Shown one piece after another: positions 23,668 to 34,454 of a stretch of 64,000 bases of DNA. The stretch comes from an uncultured Gemmatimonadales bacterium (GTDB lineage: Bacteria; Gemmatimonadota; Gemmatimonadetes; Longimicrobiales; Gaopeijiaceae). The notes below the pieces were generated by a model. That model did not search any database, was not told where the DNA came from, and worked only from the letters and a program-made list of their open reading frames with translations. The stretch is from the NCBI GenBank assembly GCA_963823035.1, contig CAWGKG010000010.1, forward strand, positions 128,001-192,000. Direction: 5' to 3'. The position numbers and the translations under genes were made by a program. How positions within the stretch are numbered: position 1 is the stretch's first letter; each line of letters starts with the position of its first letter.

Positions 23668-24884
23668 CGCAGTGCCTCCAGGACCATGCCGATGAATTCG
23701 TCGAATGCGCCGCCGTCGATCCAGCGGGCCACCACGACCAGGTCGTTCTCCCGGTCGACGTACACGATGTTCGCGCCGGCGCCGCGATGTGCGAACGCGG
23801 ACTCCGGCGCGTGCGGGTACATCTTCCCGCCGGTGTTGAGGAACCAGTTCATGAAGCCGTAGCCGGGGTTGGCCGGCGTGGGCGTCGTGGCCATCCGGTA
23901 CCACGCGTCCGAGAAGATGCGCTGCCCCTTCCAGGTCCCGGCGTGCAGCGTCAGCAGCCCGAGGCGCGCCTGGTCGTAGGCGTTGATGAACATGCCGCCG
24001 CCCCAGTGCCCGCCGCCGCCCACCGCCTGCACCATGTGCCCGTCGAGCGGGATCCACGAGTTGTCGTAGCCCATCCACCGCCACGTGGGGGACGCGCCGA
24101 TCGGGTCCATCACCAGATCGCGCAGCACCTCCGGGAGCGGGCGACGCCACACCATCTGTGCGGCGAGGGCGAGCACGTTGACGCGCGTGTCGTTGTATTC
24201 CCACGCCGAGCCGGGCGCGACGCGGGGGCGGGTGACCCAGGTGGAGGGATCGCCGCTCGGGCGGTCCGCCCACTCCGGCTTGCCCCAGAGCGTCCCCTCC
24301 CAGTCGCTGACCTGACGGAGGAGGTCGTCCCAGGTGATCGTGCGGTTGTGGGCGGACTCGAAGAGGAGCTTCGGCCGCCGGCCGGCCTGATCGCCGGGCT
24401 CGCCGTCTCCGTCGTCGAGGAGCACCGGCGCGACGTAGGCCCGCACCGTGTCGTGGACGTCCCGGATGAGGCCCCGGTCGACCGCGAGCCCGACGGTGGT
24501 CGACAGGAAGCTCTTGGTGACGCTGAAGGTCATGTCCACGCGAGCCGGCTCCCCCCACTCGGCCACGATGTAGCCGTGGCGGACCACGAGCCCGCCCTGG
24601 GGCCCGCGGGCGATGAACGGCCCGACGGGCTCTCCGTGCGGCTCGCGCCCGAAGCTGAGCTGGTGGTTCAACGCGAGGTCGCGGGGCGAGCTCGCCTCGT
24701 GCGCCTGCGCGAACGCGATCGCCCGGCCGAGCGCGGCCGCGTCGAAGCCGACGGCGTCGGGGGTGCGGTGCTCCCAGTCGGGGTGGCGTCCGGGGAAGTA
24801 GTCCTGCGCCGCCGCCTGGGCGCACCCGAGCGCGAGGAGAAGCGCCGGGAGGCCGTAGCGGACGGAAGCCGTTCGGTGCATCAC
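23664..24884 (-). CDS. serine hydrolase, beta-lactamase family
   Basis: FSVTKS (SxxK), WEYND, AHRGAG; signal peptide. Confidence 0.9.
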   Translation of the reverse strand: MMHRTASVRYGLPALLLALGCAQAAAQDYFPGRHPDWEHRTPDAVGFDAAALGRAIAFAQAHEASSPRDLALNHQLSFGREPHGEPVGPFIARGPQGGLVVRHGYIVAEWGEPARVDMTFSVTKSFLSTTVGLAVDRGLIRDVHDTVRAYVAPVLLDDGDGEPGDQAGRRPKLLFESAHNRTITWDDLLRQVSDWEGTLWGKPEWADRPSGDPSTWVTRPRVAPGSAWEYNDTRVNVLALAAQMVWRRPLPEVLRDLVMDPIGASPTWRWMGYDNSWIPLDGHMVQAVGGGGHWGGGMFINAYDQARLGLLTLHAGTWKGQRIFSDAWYRMATTPTPANPGYGFMNWFLNTGGKMYPHAPESAFAHRGAGANIVYVDRENDLVVVARWIDGGAFDEFIGMVLEALR

Positions 24885-25071
24885 GTGATCTCCGGGAAGC
24901 GGATCGAAGGGGCGTAGCCTAGGCTCCCACGCGGCGCTCCGCCACGGGGGCCGTCCACCGCGGCCCGGTCGCAGGATCCGACGCGCTTCCCCGGAGCGGT
25001 GGCCTCCCCTCTCCCCGGCGTCCCCTCTATCTTGGCGCGGCCCTGGTCACGACGTCCCCGGAGCACCCAAG

Positions 25072-28000
25072 GTGAAGCCCACGGCACCCCTCCGTCTGGT
25101 CGACGCGCTGGCGCGCGTCGCCAGGGAGCGCCCGGTCGAGCGGAAGCTGCTGGTCGCGCCGACGTTCGGCGCCGGGCGGGAGCTCCTTCGCCAGCTTGCC
25201 CGCCGCGGACGCGGTTGGGTGGGCTTCGAGGTGACCACGCCCCGCCCCCTCGCCCTCCGCCTCGCGCGACCGGCCATGGCCGTCGACGGCCTTCAGCCCA
25301 TCGACGCCTTCGACCGTCAGGCGCTGCTCGACGAGGCCCTCGACGGGGCGCTGAGATCGGGTACGGACGCGGGGCTCGGGGAGCTCTCCGAGGGCGTCGG
25401 CTTCCGCGAGGCGGTCCACTCCTCGGTGGTGGCGCTCCGACTGGCCGGCATCGGACCCCGTCGTGTGCGCGAGGCGCGCCTGCGCGACCGGCGCAAGCGC
25501 GCGCTCGTGGCCCGCGTGCTCGAACGGTACGAGGGCCTGCTGCGCGACCGGCGCCGAGCGGACGAGGCCACCATCCTCGCCCTCGCCATCGAGGCGCTGG
25601 GGCGCGCCCAGGCGGAGGACCGCCCGGACGCGCTGGGCGCCGACGTCGTCCTGCTGGTGCCGGGGCTGGGGCGGCGAGGGCTGAGCGGACGCTTCCTCGA
25701 CGGCGTCACCGTCCACGGCGCGCAGCTGCTCGACACGGACCCGGTGGTGGGGCTCGCGACGCCCGATTCCGTCCTCTGGCGCGAGGGCGCGGCGGTGGGT
25801 GACCTGTCCTGGCTGTACGACCCCGCATCCGCGCCGGGACGCGGTCCAGCCCTGGAGCTCTTCCGTGCCGCCTCCATCACGGACGAGCTGCGCGAGGTGC
25901 TGCGCCGCGCCGCGGCGCAGGGCGCGGCGTGGGACGACGTCGAGATCGTGGCGGCCGACCCGGCCGCGTACGGGTCGGCGCTGCACGCGCTCTCCACCCG
26001 GCTTCGCGTTCCGGTGACCTACGCGGTGGGCCTCCCCGTCGAGCGCACGCGCCCCGGGCGCGTGGTCCAGGCGTACCTCGACTGGATCGAGGGCGGCTTC
26101 CAGGCCGCGCCCATCCGGCGGCTTCTGGAGGCCGGGGACCTGCGACCACCGCGAAGCGCCGGGACGCATGCCGCCGCGGCCCTGGCCCGGCGCTTTCGTG
26201 CGCTCCGCATCGGGTGGGGGCGACGCCGCTACCGGACCCAGCTCCGCGAGGCGCAGGCCGCGGTCGAGTCGGCGGAGCCCGGGCCCTGGGAGACGCCGGA
26301 GGGCTTCGCGCGGCGCGTGGAGCGCGCGCGGAGCGAGCTCGACGCGCTGCGTCTCCTCCTCTTTCCGGCGCTCAAGGCCACGCCTTCCGTACCGGATCGG
26401 GCGGGGGAGGGCGGGGAGGCGGTGTCGCCCGCGGAGGTCGCCCGGGGACTGCGCGCCTTCCTGCGCCGCGCCCCGCGCGGACGGGCGCGGAGCCCCGACG
26501 CGGCCGCGACGGAGGAGATCGCCCGCGTGCTCGATCGCGTCGAGGCGACGCTGCGTCGGCGCACGGACTTCGGGGCGGCCGTGACGATTCTCCGGCGGCA
26601 TCTCGAGATCCGCGTGCGCGCGCCCGAGCCGGAGCCCGGGGGACCCGACGACCCCGGTGCGCCGTGGACCTCGGAGGGCGGTCATCTCCATCTCTCGGAC
26701 TTCGAGCACGGAGGCTTCGCGGGGCGGCGCGCCGTGTTCGTCGTCGGGCTCGACGCGGACCGCGTGCCGGGCCCGGGCGTGCAGGACCCCGTGCTCTCCG
26801 ACATGGACCGACGCGCCCTGGGGGAGGGCCTGCCCGGATCGGCCGAGCTCCTGCGCGAGCGGTCGTTCCGACTGGCGGCGCTGATGGCCCGTCTGCGAGG
26901 CCGCGTGACCATGAGCTACGGCGCCTGGAGCGCATCCGAGGCGCGCACGGTCGCTCCGTCGCCGGTCCTCCTGCAGGCGCTGCGCCTGCAGCGTCGCGAT
27001 CCCGCCCCGACCTTCGAGGAGCTCTACCGGGCGTTGGGCGACGTCTCCTGCGCGATCCCCGTGCCCGGTCGCCCGGCGCTCGACGCCGACGACGTCTGGA
27101 TGGCCGCGCTCGAGCGCGGGGGGCTGCTGCTCGAGGGGCTCGACGCCGTGCGCGAGGCGTTCCCCGGCCTCGACCGTGGGATGGGCGCGCACCGCGAGCG
27201 CACCACCGGAATGCCGGGACCGCACCACGGCGTGGTGGCGCCGCTCCCCGAGGAGCTCGACCCACGCCGCCGTGCCGACCTGGTGCTTTCGGCCAGCCGG
27301 CTCGAGGACCTGGGCGCATGCCCGCTGCGGTACTTCTACCGCACGGTGCTCCGCCTCCGTCCGCCGGACGATCCCGAGCTGGATCCCGACCGGTGGCTGA
27401 ACCCGCTGCAGCGCGGGAGCCTCCTGCACGCGGTCTACGAGGAGACGTTGCGCGAGGCCATGGAGCAGGGGGTCACGCGGTCCGAGGCGGCGATGGAGTC
27501 GCTGGCTCTGGAGGCGCTCCGGGGGGCGCTGGCACGGGCACGCGAGCAGATCCCCACACCCGGGGACGGCGTCGTGCAGCGCGAGTCCGCCGCGCTCGAG
27601 GAAGACGTCCGCTCGTTCGTACGCATGGTGCTCGAGCACGGGGCCCCCTGCGTGACGCTCGAGATGAAGTTCGGTCTCGAGGAGGGCGACCCGCTCGTTC
27701 TGGAGCTCGAGGGCGGGGAAGTCCGCCTGCGCGGCGCGATCGACCGCGTGGACGAAGACCTCGTGCACGGCATGCGCGTGATCGACTACAAGACCGGCGC
27801 TCCGCACGACTATGAGGAGGGTACCGGCACCTTCAACGGCGGCCGGCGCTTGCAGCACGCCGTCTACGCGAGGGCCGCCGAGCAGCTACTCGGGGGAGAG
27901 GACGTGGCCGGCGAGTACCACTTCCCGACGCGGCGCGGCGAGAACGAGATCAAGCCGTTCGCGGCGGCCGACCTTCGTCCGGTGGCGGCGCTGCTCGACC

Positions 28001-28212
28001 GTCTCCTGGACGTGGTGGCCGGCGGAGGTTTCGTGCCGACGGAGACCAGCGACGACTGCCGATTCTGCGACTATGCCGCGATCTGCCGCGCGCAGGACTC
28101 CGGGTGGGGGCGTGTCGACTCGCCGCTCGCGACCTGGTCGGCCGACCAGCTCTCCCTCGGGCTCCACCCAGCCTTCGCGCGCCTCAAACGGGTACGCTCG
28201 TTCGAGGACTGA
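25072..28212 (+). CDS. addB: AddB-like protein with C-terminal PD-(D/E)XK nuclease and Fe-S motif
   Basis: LSASRLEDLGACP, RGSLLH, LRGAIDRVD...IDYKTG, QHAVY, CRFCDYAAIC. Confidence 0.85.
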   Translation: MKPTAPLRLVDALARVARERPVERKLLVAPTFGAGRELLRQLARRGRGWVGFEVTTPRPLALRLARPAMAVDGLQPIDAFDRQALLDEALDGALRSGTDAGLGELSEGVGFREAVHSSVVALRLAGIGPRRVREARLRDRRKRALVARVLERYEGLLRDRRRADEATILALAIEALGRAQAEDRPDALGADVVLLVPGLGRRGLSGRFLDGVTVHGAQLLDTDPVVGLATPDSVLWREGAAVGDLSWLYDPASAPGRGPALELFRAASITDELREVLRRAAAQGAAWDDVEIVAADPAAYGSALHALSTRLRVPVTYAVGLPVERTRPGRVVQAYLDWIEGGFQAAPIRRLLEAGDLRPPRSAGTHAAAALARRFRALRIGWGRRRYRTQLREAQAAVESAEPGPWETPEGFARRVERARSELDALRLLLFPALKATPSVPDRAGEGGEAVSPAEVARGLRAFLRRAPRGRARSPDAAATEEIARVLDRVEATLRRRTDFGAAVTILRRHLEIRVRAPEPEPGGPDDPGAPWTSEGGHLHLSDFEHGGFAGRRAVFVVGLDADRVPGPGVQDPVLSDMDRRALGEGLPGSAELLRERSFRLAALMARLRGRVTMSYGAWSASEARTVAPSPVLLQALRLQRRDPAPTFEELYRALGDVSCAIPVPGRPALDADDVWMAALERGGLLLEGLDAVREAFPGLDRGMGAHRERTTGMPGPHHGVVAPLPEELDPRRRADLVLSASRLEDLGACPLRYFYRTVLRLRPPDDPELDPDRWLNPLQRGSLLHAVYEETLREAMEQGVTRSEAAMESLALEALRGALARAREQIPTPGDGVVQRESAALEEDVRSFVRMVLEHGAPCVTLEMKFGLEEGDPLVLELEGGEVRLRGAIDRVDEDLVHGMRVIDYKTGAPHDYEEGTGTFNGGRRLQHAVYARAAEQLLGGEDVAGEYHFPTRRGENEIKPFAAADLRPVAALLDRLLDVVAGGGFVPTETSDDCRFCDYAAICRAQDSGWGRVDSPLATWSADQLSLGLHPAFARLKRVRSFED

Positions 28213-28240
28213 GGACTCGGGGCGCGGTCCGAAGATGTGC

Positions 28241-29203
28241 CTAGGGGGTGGCTCCTCGCAGGATCGTCGTCAGCGCCGTCGGGTCGAGGTTGCCGCCCGA
28301 GACGACGGCCACGACGGTGCCCTCGCCGGCGGCGCCCGTCAGGGCCGCGGCCACCGAGGCACCACCCGCCCCCTCCGCGATCACGTGCGCCCGCCCGGCG
28401 AGCAGCCGGATCGCGTCGGCGATCTCGTCGAGCGAGACCACGATGGAACCGTCCAGCAACTCGGAGGCGAGCGGCCACATCTCCGGGAGGAGGCCCGTGC
28501 TGCCGATGCCGTCCACGAAGCTCCGGTGGCGCTCGACGCGGACCGGCTCGCCCGCTTCGAGGGAAGCGGCGAAGGGGGCGGCCGTCTCCACTTCCGCCGC
28601 GTAGACGCGCACGCCGGGGCGAAGCGCCTTCACGGCCGACGCGATGCCGCACGACAGCCCGCCTCCGCCGTACGGCACGACGATGGCGTCCACCTCCGGG
28701 ACCTGCTCGAGGATCTCCAGCCCGGCCGTCCCGTTGCCCGCGATCACGGCCGGGTCGGCGACCGGGTGGACGAAGAAGCCGCGCTCGTCCGGATGCCCGT
28801 GCTGCTCCAGCACCGACCACCACTCGTCGAAGGGTCGGGCCACCCACGTGGCTCCCAAGCGCTCGATCGCGTCCAGCTTCGCGCGCGGTGCGCCCTCCGG
28901 CACGATCACGCGGCAGGCCACGCCCATGCGGCGTGCGTTCCATGCCACGCCCTGAGCCATGTTCCCCGCGCTCCCGGTGTACACGCCGCGCCGCAGCTCC
29001 TCCGGATCCGCCAGCGCCATCGCGTTGCCCGCGCCGCGCAGCTTGAACGACCCGATCGGATGCAGGCACTCGAGCTTGACGTGCAGAGCGCACGGCGCGT
29101 CGTCCACGTCCAGCGGCAGCGTCGGCGTCTCGCGCACGGTGTCGGCGAGGCGGGCCCGGGCGGCGCGGATGGCCTCGAGGGGGATGGGCGCGATCGGCTG
29201 CAT
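28241..29203 (-). CDS. PLP-dependent threonine/serine dehydratase family
   Basis: KLECLHPIGSFKLRGA, SAGNMAQG, PYGGGGL, VVSGGN. Confidence 0.92.
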   Translation of the reverse strand: MQPIAPIPLEAIRAARARLADTVRETPTLPLDVDDAPCALHVKLECLHPIGSFKLRGAGNAMALADPEELRRGVYTGSAGNMAQGVAWNARRMGVACRVIVPEGAPRAKLDAIERLGATWVARPFDEWWSVLEQHGHPDERGFFVHPVADPAVIAGNGTAGLEILEQVPEVDAIVVPYGGGGLSCGIASAVKALRPGVRVYAAEVETAAPFAASLEAGEPVRVERHRSFVDGIGSTGLLPEMWPLASELLDGSIVVSLDEIADAIRLLAGRAHVIAEGAGGASVAAALTGAAGEGTVVAVVSGGNLDPTALTTILRGATP

Positions 29204-29316
29204 GGACGGCTCGGGCTCATCGGTCGGGGGCGAAGGACCACGGCGCGAGGCACAATGGCTCATCCCCGGGTCGCGAGCTAGCTTGCCCACCCCCAGCGAA
29301 CTCGCAGGAGAGCCCC

Positions 29317-31178
29317 ATGAAGCGCTTCGTGTCCGCCCTTCGCGTCCCGGCCCTCGCCCTCGTCGTCGCGGCGGCCGCACCCGTCGGCCTCCACGCCCAG
29401 CGGCCGCAGAAGCCCGTGCTGCACGGGAAGCACTGGGTGGCGATCACCGGGAAGCCGATCTCGGCCACGGCGGGAGCCGCGATCTTCCAGAAGGGCGGCA
29501 ACGCCGTGGACGCGGCGGCGGCCATGCTCGCGGCCGGCGCCACCATGTGGGACGTGCTCTCGTGGGGTGGGGAGACGCAGGCGCTCATCTACGACCCCAA
29601 CCAGAAGAAGGTGATCGGGCTGAACGCGCTGGGCGTCGCGCCCACGGGTGCCACGCAGGCGTACTTCCGCTCGAAGGGGATGCGCTACCCGCCGGAGTAC
29701 GGCGTCGACGCGATGGTCACGCCCGGCACCCCCGGCGGGCTCATGACGATGCTCGCCGAGTGGGGCACGATGTCCCTCGCCGAGGTGCTCGCGCCGGCCA
29801 TCGAGATGGCCGAAGGGGCTACCCCCTGGAGGGAGACGCCGTGCGCAGCATCCGCGCCGAGGCCGAGCGCATGAAGCAGTGGCCCTACACGGCGGCGGTG
29901 TTCTTCCCCGACGGCGGCGACGGGCCGGAGGAGGGCGAGGTGCTCGTCCAGAAGGACCTCGCGGCCACGCTGCACAAGCTCGTCGACGCGGAGGCCGAGG
30001 CGCTCGCGGCCGGCAAGAGCCGCAAGGAGGCGATCCACGCTGCCTACGACCGCTTCTACACGGGCGACATCGCGCGGGAATACGTGCGCGGCGCGCAGGA
30101 GCAGGGCTCGCGCGTCACGATGAAGGACCTGGCCGACTGGCAGGTCCACATCGAGGAGCCGGTGAAGACCACGTACAAGGGCATCGAGGTCTACAAGCTC
30201 ACGCACTGGGTCCAGGGCCCGGTGATGCTCCAGGCGCTGAACATCCTCGAGAACGTCGACCTGAAGTCGATGGGCTACAACAGCGCGGGCTACATGCACG
30301 CCCTCTACCAGGCGATGAACCTGGCGTTCGCCGACCGCGACTTCTACTACGGCGACCCCTACTTCCCGCCGGAGGAGCCCATCCGCGGGCTGCTGTCGAA
30401 GGACTACGCCAAGGCGCGCGCGGCCACCATCGACTGGGACCACAACGACCCGGACGTCGGCCCCGGGGACCCGTACCCGTACCAGGGCGGCACCAACCCC
30501 TTCCCGGAGCTGCTCGCGAAGTGGAACGGCGGCAGGAAGTCGGTCACGGAGGCGTCCGGCCCCGAGGCGATGGCCGACTTCGAGGAGGACTTCTACCAGG
30601 GCACCACCTCGGTGCAGGCGGCCGACGCGGAGGGGTGGGTCGTGTCGATCACGCCCTCCGGCGGATGGGTGCCGGCGGTGATCGCGGGCCACACCGGCGT
30701 CGGGATGAGCCAGCGCGCACAGTCGTTCGTGGTGGAGGCGGAGGACGGGCCCTACAACGTGGTCGAGCCGGGCAAGCGCCCGCGCGCCACGCTCACGCCC
30801 TCGCTCGCGCTGAAGGACGGCAAGCCGTTCCTCTCCTTCGCGGTGCAGGGCGGCGACTCGCAGGACCAGAACCTCCTCCAGTTCTTCCTCGACGTGGTGG
30901 AGTTCGGGATGAACGTGCAGGAGGCGGCCGAGGCCGCGAACATCAATTCCTTCCAGATGCGCGGCTCCTTCGGCCAGCACGAGACCAGCCCGGGGCGCAT
31001 GCTCGTGCAGGACGCGACGCCGCCCTGGGTGCGTGCCCGGCTCCGGCAGATGGGCTACACGCTCACGACGTCGGAGCGCACCTCGGGCCCGATCAACGCG
31101 ATCTTCTTCGACTGGGCGCACGGGACGTTCTGGGGCGGCTCCAGCAACCACGGCGACGACTACGGGATCGTCTGGTAG
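29317..31178 (+). CDS. ggt: gamma-glutamyltransferase (frameshift near 29818)
   Basis: GGNAVDAAAA, TPGTPGG, GTTSVQAAD nucleophile, PGKRPRATLTP; signal peptide; two frames join at a G-run. Confidence 0.88.
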
Positions 31179-31196
31179 GACCCGTCGGACGCAAGG

Positions 31197-31505
31197 CTGG
31201 TAGACGGGTGCCTCGCGCTCCTCTACCCCGGCCTTGTCGGGGCGGTCAAGCGCCTGCACGACCTCGCCCGTCCAGGGTGGTACGTCGCGGTGTACTACGG
31301 AGGTGTGATCGGGATGGGGGTCGTTCTCGCGATCGCCTTGCCGCTACTCGGGGAGAAGGCGCTCGTGCTCCTGATCCCGGGCTTCATCCTCCTGCTCGGC
31401 AGCATCTGGTTCGCCCTGAAGATGGCGTTCTTCCGCGGGACTCCCGGCCCGAATCCGTATGGTCCCGACCCGGTGCGCGCACGCTGGGAGCGCATGCGCG
31501 CGTGA
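31197..31505 (+). pseudogene. DUF805-family membrane protein fragment
   Basis: AVKRLHDLARPGW and GTPGPNPYGPDP motifs; N-terminal part and clear start missing. Confidence 0.6.
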
Positions 31506-31625
31506 GTCGGGGCGGGCGTCCGGGCGCCCCGTCGCGGGCGCCGACGCGCCCCTGATGGCGCACGGGCGCCCCATGCCTTCTCTTCCCCGGTCGCCGATTC
31601 CTCGGCCGCCGCAGGAAGAGATGCG

Positions 31626-32774
31626 TTGATCACCGACCCCACAGCCGTCTTCTTCGTCCTCGCCGCCATCGTCGCCCTGGCCCTCGCGCTGGAGCGACGC
31701 TGGCACCTCTTCCGCTCGTTCGGCGCCGCCTTCGTGGGCATCCTGCTCGGGATGCTGCTGTCGAATACGGGTGTGCTTCCGGGCCGGTCGCCGGCGTACG
31801 ACTTCCTGGTCGGGCCGGCGGTGAGCGCCGGCATCGTGCTGATCCTGCTCTCCGTGGACGTGCGCACGATCGTGAAGGCGGGTCCCCGGATGCTGGCCGC
31901 GTTCGCGATCGGGGCCGTGGGCTCGACGGTGGGCGCGGCGGTCGCGGCGATGACGCTGGCGCAGCAGGTGGGCCCGGAGACGTGGAAGCTCGCCGGGCAG
32001 TACGCGGCCACCTACACCGGGGGAGGCGCGAACTTCGCAGCCGTGGGCGCGGCGCTCGGCACGAGCGGCGACCTCTTCGCCGCCGGCGTCGCGGCCGACG
32101 TGATCGTGACCGCGATCTGGATGGCGATCTGCCTGACCGCGCCGGTGGTCCTCGCTCGCGTGTCCCGGGTGCGCGGGGGCGGGAGCGACGCGGCGATCGA
32201 GCGGCCGGACGTCGGGGAGGCCGGGGGCCGGCTCTACGCGACGCTCGGCTCGGTGGACATCCTCGACATCGCGGTGCTCGCCGTCATCGTCCTGGGCACG
32301 CTGTGGGCGTCCGCGGCGATGGGCCGGGCGTTCCACGGGGTGCCCTCGGTGCTCTGGCTCACCACCATCGCGCTCGTGCTCGCGCAGATCCCCCGCGTCG
32401 CCCGCGTCCGCGGCGCCGGCGTCATCGGCAACTGGCTCGTGCTCCTCTTCCTCGCCAGCAACGGCGCCAAGTCGGTGGTGGCGAACATCGTCGCGGTAGG
32501 GCCGCCCGTGATGTGGTTCGCGCTCGTCACCGTCGGGGTGCACGGCGTGATCATCTTCGGCGTGGGGCTGCTGGTCCGCCTCGATCCCCGTACGCTCGCC
32601 GTCGCGTCCCAGGCCAACATCGGCGGGTCGGCCTCCGCGATGGCGTTGGCGTCCGCACGGGGGTGGACGGCCGACCTCCTCCCGGGCATCGCGGTCGGGC
32701 TCGCCGGCAACGCGGTGGGGAACTACATCGGCATCGCGGTGGCGGCGGTGGTGCATGGATGGCTGGGCGCGTAG
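31626..32774 (+). CDS. DUF819-family multipass membrane protein (putative transporter)
   Basis: ATYTGGGANF, VASQANIGG, GNAVGNYIG; about 10-11 TM helices. Confidence 0.85.
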   Translation: MITDPTAVFFVLAAIVALALALERRWHLFRSFGAAFVGILLGMLLSNTGVLPGRSPAYDFLVGPAVSAGIVLILLSVDVRTIVKAGPRMLAAFAIGAVGSTVGAAVAAMTLAQQVGPETWKLAGQYAATYTGGGANFAAVGAALGTSGDLFAAGVAADVIVTAIWMAICLTAPVVLARVSRVRGGGSDAAIERPDVGEAGGRLYATLGSVDILDIAVLAVIVLGTLWASAAMGRAFHGVPSVLWLTTIALVLAQIPRVARVRGAGVIGNWLVLLFLASNGAKSVVANIVAVGPPVMWFALVTVGVHGVIIFGVGLLVRLDPRTLAVASQANIGGSASAMALASARGWTADLLPGIAVGLAGNAVGNYIGIAVAAVVHGWLGA

Positions 32775-32784
32775 CGTCCATGCC

Positions 32785-34044
32785 ATGAAGACGTCCCTCA
32801 CCCCCCACGAGCGCGCCCTCCTGGCCGGCGAGCACGGTGAGGCCGCGGCGCTCGCGATGCGCGTCGTCGTGGCCGCGGCCGAGCTGCTCGGCGCCCCACG
32901 CCTGGTCGAGATCGAGTCCGCGCATATCGACGGCTGCCTCTACCACGGAGACGGCGGCGTGGAGCTGGCCGAGAAGCTCGTGGCCGGCGGCGGCCGGGTG
33001 GCCGTGCCGACCACGCTGAACGTCGGCGCGCTCGACCTGCTGCACCCCGACAAGGTGCACGCCGACGCCCACCGCACGGCCATGGCGCGCCGCCAGATGG
33101 AGGCGTACCTGGCGCTGGGATGCGCGCCGACCTGGACGTGCGCGCCCTATCAGGCGGGGCACCGCCCGGCGACGGGCGCGCAGGTGGCGTGGGGCGAGAG
33201 CAACGCGATCGCCTTCGCCAACTCGGTGCTGGGCGCGCGCACGGAGCGCTACGGCGACTTCCTCGACGCCTGCTGTGCGCTCACCGCGCGGGCGCCCCTG
33301 CACGGCCTCCACCTCGTGGAGAACCGGCGCGCGACGGTCGTGGTGGACGCCTCCGCGGTCCCGGCGGCCCTCGCGGCCGACGACGTCTTCTACCCGGTGC
33401 TCGGGAGTTGGCTTGGGGCGGAGGTGGGGCGCGACGTGGCCGCCCTCGTCGGGCTGCCCACCACCGTCACCGAGGACCAGCTCAAGGCGCTCGGCGCCGC
33501 CGCGGCCTCGACCGGCGCGGTCGCGCTCTTCCACGTGGTGGGCGTGACCCCCGAGGCACCAACGCTCGAGGCCGCGACCGGCGGGATCGAGCCCGCGCGC
33601 ACGGTCGTGCTGACGGCGGACAGGCTGCGCCCTGCCCTCGACCGTCTCAGCACGACGACGGCGGAGGGCATCGACGCGGTCGCGGTGGGCAGTCCGCACC
33701 TGTCGCTGGACGAGGGGCGACGACTGGCCCGACTCGTGCGCGGACGGAGGATGGCCGTGCCCTTCTACGCGTGCACCGGGCGCGACGTCCTGAAGGTGCT
33801 CGACGCGGAGGGCGAGGCCGAAGTGCTCGCCGACGCCGGCGTCGACGTCGTCGTGGACACCTGCGTGGTGGTCACGCCGATCCTGCCGGCGGGGGGCGGC
33901 GTGCTCATGACGTGCTCGGGGAAGTTCGCGCACTACGGGCCCTCCAACACGGGCTACGAGGTGGTCTACGGGAGCCTGGAGGAATGCGTCGCCTCCGCGG
34001 AGACCGGCCGCGTGACGCGCGACGAGGCGGCGTGGGCGTGGTGA
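32785..34044 (+). CDS. aconitase X catalytic subunit (DUF521)
   Basis: AHIDGCLY, TWTCAPY, AWGESNAIAFANSVLGART, LFHVVGVTPEA, DTCVVV, SGKFAHY. Confidence 0.93.
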   Translation: MKTSLTPHERALLAGEHGEAAALAMRVVVAAAELLGAPRLVEIESAHIDGCLYHGDGGVELAEKLVAGGGRVAVPTTLNVGALDLLHPDKVHADAHRTAMARRQMEAYLALGCAPTWTCAPYQAGHRPATGAQVAWGESNAIAFANSVLGARTERYGDFLDACCALTARAPLHGLHLVENRRATVVVDASAVPAALAADDVFYPVLGSWLGAEVGRDVAALVGLPTTVTEDQLKALGAAAASTGAVALFHVVGVTPEAPTLEAATGGIEPARTVVLTADRLRPALDRLSTTTAEGIDAVAVGSPHLSLDEGRRLARLVRGRRMAVPFYACTGRDVLKVLDAEGEAEVLADAGVDVVVDTCVVVTPILPAGGGVLMTCSGKFAHYGPSNTGYEVVYGSLEECVASAETGRVTRDEAAWAW

Positions 34045-34454
34045 CGACCGTGACCGGCCGGCCGCTCGTGCCCGGGGCGGCCGAGGGGCCGCTCCTCCGG
34101 CTGCGCGCGCCCATCAGCTTCTGGGGCGGCGTCGATCCGGTCGCGGGCACGATCGCCGACCCGCGCCACCCGGACCACGGGCGCTCGATCGCCGGCACCG
34201 TCCTGCTGGTGCCGGCGCCCATCGGGTCCTCCTCGTCGAGCGCCATCATGCTGGAGCTCCTCCGGGAGGGAACCGCCCCCGCGGCCGTGCTTCTCGGGCG
34301 GGCGGACGCCATCCTCGCGCTGGGCGTGGTGGTCGGGCGGGAGCTGGGCTACGCACCGATTCCGGTCCTCGAGGTGGCCCCCGCCGCCTTCGACGGCGTG
34401 GCCGACGGTACCACCGTGCGCGTCGGAGCGGACGGCGCGACATTCACCGGATGA
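34041..34454 (+). CDS. aconitase X swivel subunit (DUF126)
   Basis: ISFWGGVDPVAG, GSSSSS; GTGA overlap with the large subunit. Confidence 0.9.
   Translation: MTTVTGRPLVPGAAEGPLLRLRAPISFWGGVDPVAGTIADPRHPDHGRSIAGTVLLVPAPIGSSSSSAIMLELLREGTAPAAVLLGRADAILALGVVVGRELGYAPIPVLEVAPAAFDGVADGTTVRVGADGATFTG

Noticed and set aside
27300..28212. Cas4-like nuclease suggesting CRISPR or defence
   Set aside because: It is the C-terminal Fe-S nuclease of an AddB-like protein; no cas genes or array
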